Shown here: piece by piece, positions 54,439 to 64,000 of the stretch | Layout of the letters: every line of letters starts with the position of its first letter | Position numbering within the stretch: the first letter of the stretch is position 1 | NCBI GenBank assembly: GCA_020137815.1 | Contig: CM035360.1 | Coordinates: forward strand, 3,782,001 to 3,846,000 | From: Hormiphora californensis | Taxonomy: Eukaryota > Animalia > Ctenophora | Length of the DNA stretch: 64,000 nt | Direction of reading: 5' to 3' | The notes under the pieces: generated by a model | The model's input: only the letters and a program-made list of their open reading frames with translations | Database searches by the model: none | Told to the model about the DNA's origin: nothing | Made by a program: the position numbers and the translations under genes

Positions 54439-57390
54439 TCAGCCAGCAGGACCGTATGACTTGTCAAAGAGGTGCGTCTTCAGCTTCGATTTGAAGAGTG
54501 ACTCATCTGTGCAGCTTCGAATTGTTTGAGGCAGGACATTCCACAGTCTCGGTCCTGCTACCTGGAAAGCACGCTGAGAAGTCTTATACTTAGTGGAGAA
54601 GTCTTTTTGGAGAAGTGTTGGATCATCATCATGTCTCAGTGATTTGCACTTTAGTTGCCGCCTTTGTATTAGACTCTGTAGGTAGGGTGGTGCTAGATTG
54701 TTGATGCACTTGAAAACCATAAGACAGATCTTGTAGTCAATTCTCGCTGTGACAGGAAGAAAGTGCAGCTGCTTTCTCAGTTCTGTTACTCCTCTCCATT
54801 GCCATCTTCCAAAGATGAATCTTGTCGCTGCATTCTGCACTTTTTGAAGGCGGGTGATGTCACTCTTATCAGCTCCAATTAATAGGCCATTGCAGTAGTC
54901 TATGCGAGAGTGAATAAGGGAGTGAACCAGCTGGACTTTGTTTTTCTTTGACAGTTTGTCGCCGATGCGCCTCAGGTTGTGTAAGGTCATGTTGCAGTCC
55001 CTGACTATCTTGGAGATATGGGCTTTCATGGTGAGCCTTTCATCAAATATAACTCCTAGATTCCTTGCCTGTTCCGAGGGACTGATGTACGTTGCCGGTT
55101 GATCAGATCTACGCAGAGAGAAAGACTCATCATGAGCGATGGGGTTTGTAGTTTTGTCAGTCCGCGATGATATAAACAGTAGTTCTGTTTTGGAGGGGTT
55201 GAGTTTCAAATAACTCGATGCCATCCATTGCTCGATTTCTGAGAAACATTGTCGAAGCTGATCTTCATTTTGTGTCCAGTTGTTGTTGGTAAACTTCACA
55301 TATAGCTGCGAGTCGTCTGCGTAAAGGTGAATCCTCATCCCATGTTTGGCCGCAATTTTCTCGAGGTCTTTCGTGAACAGAATAAACATAAGGGGCCCCA
55401 AGATTGATCCCTGGGGCACTCCAATGTGTACACTTACTTCAGCAGACTGGGAATCACCTATTTTGACAACAGCTTTCCTTCCTTCGAGATAAGAAGAGAA
55501 CCATTTGAGAGCTGTTCCACTGACACCATACATGTGCTGCAGGCGACGAAGAAGGGTTGTATGAGGAACAGTATCAAAGGCAGCAGAGAGATCGAGTAGA
55601 AGGAGTACTGCCTTACTTTTCTTGTCAGTCATCACGAGTAGATCATTAAAGATCTTCAGGGTAGCCGTTTCACATGAGTGTTTTTTTCTGTAGGCAGACT
55701 GCACTGTAGCAAACAGCTCGTGTTCTTCCAGGTGTTCTGTCAATTGTAAAGAAACGCACTTTTCGATGATTTTAGAGATGAAGCTGAGGTTAGATATAGG
55801 CCTGTAGCTTCCAACATCGTTGCTGTCCAACCCTTTCCCCTTGTACACCGGCCGGATAACTGCTTTCTTGAGGACAGAAGGAAATACTCCGTTGACCAGA
55901 CTACCGTTGACAATTGCTTTAATGATGGGGATCAGCTCGTGTATACAGGTTCCAACGAGCTTAGAAGGAATGGGATCGAGGTCACAGATTTTATAATTCA
56001 TTGAACGAATGATCTTCACCAGCTCATCACTGGTTACAGGTCTGAAAGAGTCAAACTTAGGCAGGCTATTTTCATCCTCAAGACCAGAAACTTCCTCGGT
56101 GTCAGCACGCATTGCTTCAATTTCTGTGTAGATCTTGTTGATTTTTTCTTGGAAGAATTCAATGAATCTCTGGCATAGTTCGTCAAGATCCGTGTATTCA
56201 GGAAGTACTGATGAATTTCCATCCTTTCCCAGCAGACCATTCATGATTCTGTAAGACTTCTGCATATCACCATCGGCTTCATCAAGCTTCTCCCGATAAT
56301 ATCCACTCCTAACTCCAACGATAAACTTGGTTGCTGCTTTAGCCTCGTCACGTTTAGTTCGGAGACTGTCCCACAGTTTTTCAGGACACACAGATTTCAA
56401 CAGCGTGGCCAGATACTGTCGTTCAGCTTTCCTCCTACGACGTTTAGCAGCTTGACAATCAGTGTTATACCACTTGGGGCCTGGATCTTCGGGGACAATC
56501 ATCTCAGTGACCGGGGCAAGTTCATCGAGAAACTCAGCCAACATCTCATCATACAGTTCAATAAGTTCCTCCACCTCCGAGGGAAAGTTTTCTATGTCAC
56601 AGAGAGGGGACTGTAGGATTGAGAATATTAGCTGTTCAATATCCAGTGATTTCATGTCTCTTTTCTTAACCGAGACAAACTTCTTCCGTTGGACTGTAAC
56701 TCCATTTTCTAGGGTGAATGACACCAGGGCATGATCAGGTACAGCAGGAATCATATCCACATGTATATTGGAGATAGGAGAAGTACCAGGTAAGATCTTG
56801 GCAAGGACCAAATCCAGTGTACCACCCGCTATATGCGTAGGTTCCGAAACAAATTGACGAAAATGATGGTCATCGAGAAGCCCGAGAAAGGTTTTAGTTG
56901 ATCCGGAACTGGTATCTTGCACATGTATGTTGAAATCACCTGAAATAACCACCTCTCCAGGCCGTTCCGAAAGGTCATGGAGTAACGATTCGAATTCATC
57001 GAAGAAGGTAGAAATAGGGCTGGATGGAGGGCGATAGATGCCAAGAAGACGGAGGGGTTGGAACCTGGGTCCCTGAGCTGTAGGATTGGAACTCTTTTGA
57101 GTGATGAGAGTTTCCACACACTCGAATGATGAAAATGAGTGCTTTACCTGAACATGGTGGAAGGATTTCCTCATGAGGATGGCGACACCACCTCCTCTAG
57201 AGCCACGCGGCCTGCTGACCAACTTGTAGCCATGCTCTCTAGTCTCTCTCTCAATAGCACTCTCATCTAAGTGTAACCACGTCTCGCTTAAACACACTGC
57301 ATCAATATCACTGTCAGAAATACTCAATAAAACATCTAACAACTTGTTACGCAACGAGAAACAGTTAACAGTGGCCAGTTTTAACCCTAC
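54439..57390 (-). CDS. LINE ORF2: APE endonuclease + reverse transcriptase
   Basis: LATVNCFSL, CLSETW, GGGVA, IYRPP, GDFNIH, TLDLV, DH; YRPISNL, LDLSAAFDTV, GVPQGSILGP, LYADD, LNPSKTE, NLGV. The frame opens before the first APE motif and has no ATG there. Confidence 0.95.
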   Translation of the reverse strand, partial: VGLKLATVNCFSLRNKLLDVLLSISDSDIDAVCLSETWLHLDESAIERETREHGYKLVSRPRGSRGGGVAILMRKSFHHVQVKHSFSSFECVETLITQKSSNPTAQGPRFQPLRLLGIYRPPSSPISTFFDEFESLLHDLSERPGEVVISGDFNIHVQDTSSGSTKTFLGLLDDHHFRQFVSEPTHIAGGTLDLVLAKILPGTSPISNIHVDMIPAVPDHALVSFTLENGVTVQRKKFVSVKKRDMKSLDIEQLIFSILQSPLCDIENFPSEVEELIELYDEMLAEFLDELAPVTEMIVPEDPGPKWYNTDCQAAKRRRRKAERQYLATLLKSVCPEKLWDSLRTKRDEAKAATKFIVGVRSGYYREKLDEADGDMQKSYRIMNGLLGKDGNSSVLPEYTDLDELCQRFIEFFQEKINKIYTEIEAMRADTEEVSGLEDENSLPKFDSFRPVTSDELVKIIRSMNYKICDLDPIPSKLVGTCIHELIPIIKAIVNGSLVNGVFPSVLKKAVIRPVYKGKGLDSNDVGSYRPISNLSFISKIIEKCVSLQLTEHLEEHELFATVQSAYRKKHSCETATLKIFNDLLVMTDKKSKAVLLLLDLSAAFDTVPHTTLLRRLQHMYGVSGTALKWFSSYLEGRKAVVKIGDSQSAEVSVHIGVPQGSILGPLMFILFTKDLEKIAAKHGMRIHLYADDSQLYVKFTNNNWTQNEDQLRQCFSEIEQWMASSYLKLNPSKTELLFISSRTDKTTNPIAHDESFSLRRSDQPATYISPSEQARNLGVIFDERLTMKAHISKIVRDCNMTLHNLRRIGDKLSKKNKVQLVHSLIHSRIDYCNGLLIGADKSDITRLQKVQNAATRFIFGRWQWRGVTELRKQLHFLPVTARIDYKICLMVFKCINNLAPPYLQSLIQRRQLKCKSLRHDDDPTLLQKDFSTKYKTSQRAFQVAGPRLWNVLPQTIRSCTDESLFKSKLKTHLFDKSYGPAG

Positions 57391-58460
57391 TGGTTTTTTG
57401 AACGAGCTTCATTGAACTTAGACAGATACAAGGGACAATCTCGACTGTTTGCAGCATGGGCAACATCTGACTTTTTCGCAACAGAACAGTTATTACATTT
57501 AGGAATGAAACTTTCGTTAGATTTTGCCGTACAGTCTTTAGAAGAATGTTCTTGAGAACAGTGGGTACACACTGGACGTTTGTTACACACATCTTGCGTG
57601 TGGTGGAAGTCCTGACAATTATAACACTGAATAACCCGCACACGATCCACCACCCTACACGCCATATAACCAACATAGACTACTCCTTGTCCCAGTATCT
57701 GCCGTTTGATTGTAGTAGGCAGCCTTAGTCCAATGGTACAGGTATCAGGGACTCGATCATTTTCCCTGTAGTATATTACATCAATGTTATCATTGTCCAG
57801 TTGCTCGTTTTTCTCCTTAAGCATACCAAGTATTTCCTGGCACCTCACCGAGCGATCTGTAGTTTGCCTCATGGAATCAGTAAGAGGGAAGTTGAGGACT
57901 GTTATCTTGCAAGTGGGTTCGGATCGAACTCTGACAGTTGTTGAAGAGAGGTCCTTATTGAGGGCATCTGCTGCCTTATCACCATCAGTACTGGGCACAG
58001 TAATGATCACCGCATTTTTCTTCTTGACCAACCGAGAGACTTTCGTTTTTGACAGGGCAGTCTCACTGAGCCTGTGTACTTCATCAACATCAGCATCCTT
58101 GCAGTCAACGACGATTTTCCTGTATGATGGTTTTGTTGGAGGGGTGGTAAGAGGTATGGCAGCTGGGAGCACTGTAGGAATGGAGGTGGTGGAAGGTTTT
58201 CCAGACATAGCAAGTTGGGCATAAGATGGTTGGAGTTGCTGAATGGTTTCTTTGATAGTCAGCTGGAGTTCTTCCCGGAATTGGATGAACCGTTCATCTT
58301 GTTGCTTTCCAAGTTTGACGAGGATATTAGCGTCACTGTTATTATCATTCTGTGCTGGTTTGTTGCATTGGGTAGCTTCGTTCCAAAGCGCTCTATAGGC
58401 GACCTTTATAACCTTCCACAAGTCATTTCTACTGACCGTACGTTCGGTGTTTCCAGACAT
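57387..58460 (-). CDS. LINE ORF1: gag-like nucleic-acid-binding protein with three zinc knuckles
   Basis: 357 aa; CYNCQDFHHTQDVC, CTHCSQEHSSKDC, CNNC...HAANSRDC. Confidence 0.92.
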   Translation of the reverse strand: MSGNTERTVSRNDLWKVIKVAYRALWNEATQCNKPAQNDNNSDANILVKLGKQQDERFIQFREELQLTIKETIQQLQPSYAQLAMSGKPSTTSIPTVLPAAIPLTTPPTKPSYRKIVVDCKDADVDEVHRLSETALSKTKVSRLVKKKNAVIITVPSTDGDKAADALNKDLSSTTVRVRSEPTCKITVLNFPLTDSMRQTTDRSVRCQEILGMLKEKNEQLDNDNIDVIYYRENDRVPDTCTIGLRLPTTIKRQILGQGVVYVGYMACRVVDRVRVIQCYNCQDFHHTQDVCNKRPVCTHCSQEHSSKDCTAKSNESFIPKCNNCSVAKKSDVAHAANSRDCPLYLSKFNEARSKNQ

Positions 58461-58754
58461 TTCTCCGTTATCTCTTGATCTGTTGCCCCTGGAGGATATG
58501 GGCGGAATATAAGCACGTCTATTATTATTATTATTATTCTCACTTCTCAGTACATTTATTGGAAGAGCGCAATTTCTGTTCCCACATTCCCAACGGCAAG
58601 GGCCTTTCGGGCTTCGGCCTCACTGAGGTCTGAGGACTGAGGTCTCGGCCGTCGGTGGTTCTGCACTGTGGAATCTTCGTGATACTATTGTTTGTCACTG
58701 AACAATGGTCATAAGCAGTCAATACGCGGTCATGACTGTATTTTCCAGCTGTCA

Positions 58755-59052
58755 ATAGGGATCCCTAAAAAAGTTCAGTATTTACACAGAGTTTACACAG
58801 TCTTTACTCAGTCGTTACACCCAGAGCGGCGCGTGCTGCGCACAGTGGCTTTTTCCAAGAAAATATTGGATTGTGTGCTGCACAATTGACAAAATTGAGC
58901 GCTGCGGCGAAAAAAGTTTCCGAAAACGCTGCAAATCGAGTGCGAAAGACGCAGTCGTTACACCCAGAGCGGCGCGGGCGCTCTGGGTGTAACGACTGAG
59001 TAAAGACTGTGTAAACTCTGTGTAAATACTGAACTTTTTTAGGGATCCCTAT
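58755..59052. mobile_element. Inverted-repeat element (MITE-like)
   Basis: About 75-bp perfect arms atagggatccctaaaaaagttcagtatttacacagag...; superfamily unresolved. Confidence 0.72.
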
Positions 59053-59283
59053 GTTCAAGGGGCAAGGGCGAACAAGAAAGGAGACGAAAAGAAGGATTTC
59101 GATTTTTTTGTGACGCTTTCCGTGAATTTATTTTATTTTATTTGAAGGAAATTCTATTGCGCGGCGCCGTTTGCAGCGCATTGTGCAAATTAATTGACCC
59201 GCTACGTTTTTTTGCTGCGCTGCGCCATAAATACGAGCGCGAGCCATGAAATTTGATTTTCCCACACAAAAATTTCGTTCTTT

Positions 59284-59925
59284 TTGGGTTTTTTGCCATT
59301 CCAAAACATTCCCCTGTCCTGTGCCTGTGGAAAGGTCAATACCCTTGAACATTGCTTATCATGCGCTCTTGGCGGGTACGTATATATGCGCCACAATAAC
59401 ATCAGGGACCTGACTGCTAATATTCTACTCGAGGCTGGGTGTAAGGATGTTGAAGTCGAGCCTCAGCTCCTTCCCATCTCCGGCGAGACGTTCAACTATC
59501 GTTCAACAATCACTGAGAACAGTGCCCGACTTGACGTCTCGGCCAGAGGTGTGTGGAGCCCGCTCGACAAGGTTTACACGGATATAAGGGTTTTCAACTC
59601 TTTGGCACCCACTAACAACCGCCAGTCCGTGGATGACACTTTTCGGAGACACGAACAGGAGAAGATCCGGAACTATAACGACCGTGTAATACAGGTAGAA
59701 AAGGCGACTTTCATGCCGCTTGTGTTCTCTACTACAGGCCTGATGGGTCCTAAAGCGGAAGTTTTTTACAAACGGGCCGCAACCCTTCTATCCAACAAAA
59801 CAGGCCACACCTACAGCGACTCCATCCGCTATATCCGGCTCCGCCTTTCATTTTGTCTGCTGAAGACTATACTGATATCAATAAGGGGGTACAGAGGAAA
59901 CTGTTTTACCCGATTTAATTCTTAA
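59284..59925 (+). mobile_element. 5'-truncated RLE-type (CRE-like) non-LTR retrotransposon: CCHC finger + restriction-like endonuclease
   Basis: CACG...EHCLSC, RHNNIRD, EP, RLD, DIRV, EQEK..Y, PLVFSTTG; no RT domain upstream. Confidence 0.82.
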
Positions 59926-60033
59926 TTCTTATGACAATGATTTTAACCTTATAATCTAACTTATTACTTTTATAGTCCTAATGATCAATTTAATGTGTAT
60001 ATAGTGATTGTGTAACCTGATTTATTTCTTATA

Positions 60034-60887
60034 CAGTCGGACCCCGATTTAACGGCACCCTCGGGGGAAAGGGTTTTGTCCGTTAAATCGGGGTGTCCGT
60101 TAAATCGGGGTAGAGCATATATTTGGCCTATAAAACCCTATTTTTGTCCAAAATGCTATACTTAAACACCTCTAAGTGTTAAATACAATGTCCATGTATT
60201 GATTACATGATCATTTCTGATTAGAAAAACAAAATAATTTTCAAAAGTTATAAAAATTTCAAAGGTACTACCTATATCAACCACGTTCGAATCGTTTATC
60301 AGTGCATCTTATCGCATGTCTTGCTACTAATTAGACGGTTCGAAACGAACCGATACGTGATACCATGCCGAATCGGGGCACTTTAAGCGGGGTGAGGAAG
60401 AATTTGAATTTCAAAATATATTTTTCTCTGAAAATTTATGGGGAGCACCGATCAAAGCATTGCCAGTCGTTCTGTAAAAATTTTCAAAAAAAGTTATGAA
60501 AATCTTTCAAAGGTATATCAACCACGTCCGAATCGTGTTTCGGATCAGTGCATCTTATCGCACGTCCTGTCGCTAATTAGACGGTTCGAAATGAACCGAT
60601 ACGTGATCCCCATGGACTATGGAGCCAGTTTAACAAATGTCAAAATTACGATTCGATGGGCCTCATGGGGATCATATATCTGTTCGTTTCGAACCGTCTA
60701 ATTACCGGCAAGACATGCAATAAGATGCACCGATTCGAAACACGATTCGGACGTGGTTGATACACACATTTTCAGAAAATTTCCAAAAAAATTCCAAAAA
60801 AATTTCAAAAAATTTTTGGGGGAAATTTATCCTGCCGTTAAATCGGGGTGCCGCTAAATCGGGGGCCGTTAAATCGGGGTCCGACTG
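60034..60887. mobile_element. Non-autonomous pogo/Tc1-like element, long member of the CAGTCGGACCCCGATTTA family
   Basis: TA|cagtcggaccccgatttaacggc ... gccgttaaatcggggtccgactg|TA; subterminal ttaaatcgggg repeats. Confidence 0.87.
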
Positions 60888-61024
60888 TATAAAGTTGAAC
60901 CGGTCAACCCGGCTTTCCCAAAAAAAAAAGTTTTTTTTCCGATTTCACTTTTATCTTTTCACTTTTTTGAGCAATGAGGGGGGGGGGCCTGCTATGCAAA
61001 GGATACCCCTCAAATACTTGGTTA

Positions 61025-62514
61025 CTGTAAAACTACTAATTTTCGTGAGATTTTTATTTTCGCTCTTTATTTTTGGCTGGAAAATCCGCGAAAATTAATT
61101 CCGCGAAAATATTTTGGACGATTTTTTACAGAAAGCTCGTGCAATGAGAAAATGCTCACATTTCATTGGTCTATGCCAAGCAGGTCTGGTGTCTCATGGC
61201 AATGATGACTGCACTCTTGGCGTAATTACATGGGTGCTTGTAGTGAGAATACGGTATCAGTTCAACACGGTATCAGTGAAAAACGGTAAATTGAGACCAA
61301 TCAGAGCGCCAGGTTGACAACACGTGACACCGAAATATATTTATTTCAAATACCGCGTGGGCCAATAAAAAGGGAGGGTCTTAAATCTTCGATTTCTCCG
61401 GCACCTTAATTCCAATGGTTCTGAAATTTTGACACAATGTTGGTGGGCTTATGCCAGATATGTGTACAGGGTTTCAAGTTGAAAAATGCAGAAATTCATT
61501 AATGAACTTAAATTCCCGATTTTTTAGTTAATTGAAGGTTTTCCCTTATTCCAAGTTGATTTTGATCGTAAATTTGCAGCCACTCGATAGTGTTAACATT
61601 GATCAATGGCAATCTGAAATTTCATTGAAAATGAATAAAGTTTAGTTGGTGAAATTAATGAATTAAAAATGATCATTTTTTCAAAAAAATTATTTTCGCT
61701 GAAAATGAGAGATTTGCACTGTAGAGATGAAATTAAAACCTAACTGGGTTATGGTTTAATCATTTAAGTTCATTCTGGTATGAAAAACTGTTAAATTCAA
61801 AAAAATTAATTTTTTTTAAATTTTCGTTTTTTTAATTTTTTTCGTTAATAACTGCATAAATTAACATTTAACCGATAGTCCATTAACAAACCGTTAGTTG
61901 AGACATTAGTAAATCGAAACCTTGCTAATGGAAGCTTGCTAATGCTTATACTGATTGGTAACAACAAGCGTCATGTGACCTCCATGCAAGCAACAAGAAA
62001 CGTAACCAGTGTGTGACAAAATTGATTGCAATTGGTATCCAATGCCCTCTGTTGTACCCAGTATCAGATATCTGGCTTGGAGTACAAAAGAGGTTCCTGG
62101 AAAACAAAAAATATGGACTAGCGAAAACCTACATTGGCTTAAACACATGAATTTAGGTTCATTAATGAATTTCTGCATTTTTGAACTTGAAACTCTGTAC
62201 ACATATCTGGCATAAGCTCAATAACATTGTGTCAAAATTTCAGAACCATTGGAATTAAGGTACCGGATAAATCTAAGATTTAAGACCCTCCCTTTTTATT
62301 GGCCCACGCGGTACATATGTATTTCAGAAACCGTAATGGTCAAAAACCGTATTATTCAGACACCATATTCCCACTACAAGCAGCACTGTTAGACAATAGA
62401 CTAGGACCGTGAAATGGGGGTAGCAGTGGGATAAGCGAAAATTAAAATCGCGAAAATAGTCAATTTTGATCGAATCGCGAAAATTAATGGCCTCGAAAAT
62501 ATCTAGTTTTACAG
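61025..62514. mobile_element. Non-autonomous TA-flanked DNA transposon (CTGTAAAACTA termini)
   Basis: TA|ctgtaaaacta ... tagttttacag|TA, subterminal cgcgaaaat repeats; hosts 61353-62311. Confidence 0.75.
61353..62311. mobile_element. Nested Tc1/mariner-like non-autonomous element
   Basis: TA|ccgcgtgggccaataaaaagggagggtc ... gaccctccctttttattggcccacgcgg|TA with ~160-bp TIRs. Confidence 0.85.
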
Positions 62515-63217
62515 TATGAAGAAGCGTTTCATGCATAGAATACCAGATTGGATTTCGGAAATAGAAAATGCTTCATAGCCTCCCTTGTACCTCCGAGAGA
62601 TCTCCCGGGAGATCGCCCAGAGTTGCAATGGAGGCCATGAGCCTTCAAAGTTCAGGGTTAAGGGAAGGTCTAGCGTTAGAGAAAATTCAAAGAGCAGGGA
62701 CATCCCAGTATCACACGTTAAGATCATGTGTCATGTGTGATATTGGGGTGTCTCCTGCTCTGTTGAGAAAGTGATACTTTAGAGAGTGCGTTGGCACCAT
62801 TTTTCTGGGTTTATATTCACTATTGAGTGGGGCATTAAGTGCATAATTTTTTATACATGTTTGCTGGTATCTCAAACTGTTTTCAGCCTCCTTAGTCCTT
62901 TGTTTGTGTCTCCCAGAGGCTCCTGAAGGCCTTTGAACTTTTTTACGTGATGTGTGTTGCTAGCTCGGTGATCATATGTACGATCTATATTTTTTGGGTC
63001 TCTTCTTATTTGGACACAGATGGCTACAGTCGCATATTTCGGCTATAATTTCTGTTTTTTGTTTCTAATTTCTAATTTATACTGATAAAATCATCATTGA
63101 ATACTACTCCTTCTGTGGTGACTGTTGGCAATGCCACAACCCTTGTAAAAGCTGACGTGTTTCCAACTTATTATGCACATTTTCATTTAATCCCCATTCC
63201 CCAAGTTCTAGGTGAAG

Positions 63218-63923
63218 ATGGTTAAAGCTGCGAAGCGACCCGGTGGTCAGAAGACTGAGAAGGATCCTTCGATCTTTTCCCAGGAATACTTCCTCCAAAA
63301 CCAGGCAGATCTTATGTCATCGCTCTGTCTCATTATCATGAGTGGACTACTATTCAAGGTGGGCCATTGTTTACTGGAATTGGAAGTGAAGGGTCACGGC
63401 AGTAGTTAAAGATTAAATATATTAATTTAAGAGTAAAGTGGTCAACTTTCACCGCTTTTCCTTCTCTAACTCTGAATCGAATTCCTCAGCCGACCCGGGC
63501 TCTCTCGGCCAAGTTCTGTTTCGTCCAACACAACACAACCAATCTCACTGATCCCGAGATAAAGCCCATGTACAAAGTTGGCCAGGCAGATGTGCTGGTG
63601 ACTGTGTTTTACTCTCTTCTCTGTATTGCTGTACACGCTGTTGAGAATGAATACTTTTGGGAGGTATGTTGAATCCTGGCGGTGATAATTTCCAGCGAGA
63701 GTGTAAATTAAGGAAATCTTTTCAACTTTTAGTCTAAAGAGCAGATCACTGATCTATTCTGTGAGAAACAGAAAGTTGAAACACTGTTCTAACTTCTACA
63801 TTTCAGAAAATTGCCCGACGACTGCGGCTCAGCAAAACTCGATTGTCGGAGTTCATGGCTCTCGGAAGTACACTGCCCTACCACATTGCTATCGTTTTTG
63901 GAGCTGTTTATGTTATGAAAGAG
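63218..63923 (+). CDS. TRAM1: Translocating chain-associated membrane protein (TRAM), first three exons; continues beyond window
   Basis: Exons 63218-63358 (PSIFSQEYFLQNQADLMS..GLLF), 63490-63663 (VQHN..G..D..TVFYSLLCIAVHAVENEY), 63807-63923 (KIARRLRLSKTR); matches the TRAM N-terminal pattern SHEF.LQNHAD...HA..QEY..KI.RR...SKTK. Confidence 0.88.
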
Positions 63924-64000
63924 GTCAGTGGGGCGGGGATCAATAATTCTTATAGTTGAATTATTCTTACATAACTATTACATCTTTCCAATTCTTGCCT

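Larger units (their letters stand above)
53991..58519 (-). mobile_element. Full-length, apparently intact LINE (L2/CR1 group)
   Basis: Uninterrupted ORF1 and ORF2, 3' UTR ending in (TTGAA)n at ~53991-54010. Confidence 0.92.

Noticed and set aside
58590-58660. Possible hammerhead ribozyme (gaggccgaagcccgaaaggcc on the minus strand)
   Set aside because: No CUGAnGA core correctly placed before the stem and GAAA on either strand.

Overview
Eukaryotic (animal) genomic DNA: AT-rich, short GT-AG introns, many microsatellites and non-autonomous DNA transposons, and one 100-N scaffold gap. The repeat and gene families suggest a ctenophore (Pleurobrachia/Hormiphora-like); this is inference, not verified. 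Genes reconstructed by hand: YRDC/Sua5 (-); a 19-exon DPP4-family peptidase (-, 4345-27104) whose introns host six opposite-strand genes (a GalNAc-transferase, four tandem signal peptide + beta-domain + sushi units, an orphan 7TM receptor); PI4K2 (-); a CAP/GAPR-1-domain gene (-) with three alternative in-phase N-termini, one being 2.5 LIM domains; and the first three exons of TRAM1 (+). Mobile DNA includes a full-length LINE whose ORF1/ORF2 junction has a canonical -1 slippery site, two truncated RLE-type (CRE-like) retroelements, and Chapaev-, Kolobok-, hAT- and Tc1/pogo-like foldback elements, several nested. A recurring oddity is tandem repeats anchored on splice sites, multiplying acceptors or donors. 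Scattered 1-bp indels in conserved genes are most likely consensus errors. All exon joins are read from sequence only and have no transcript support.
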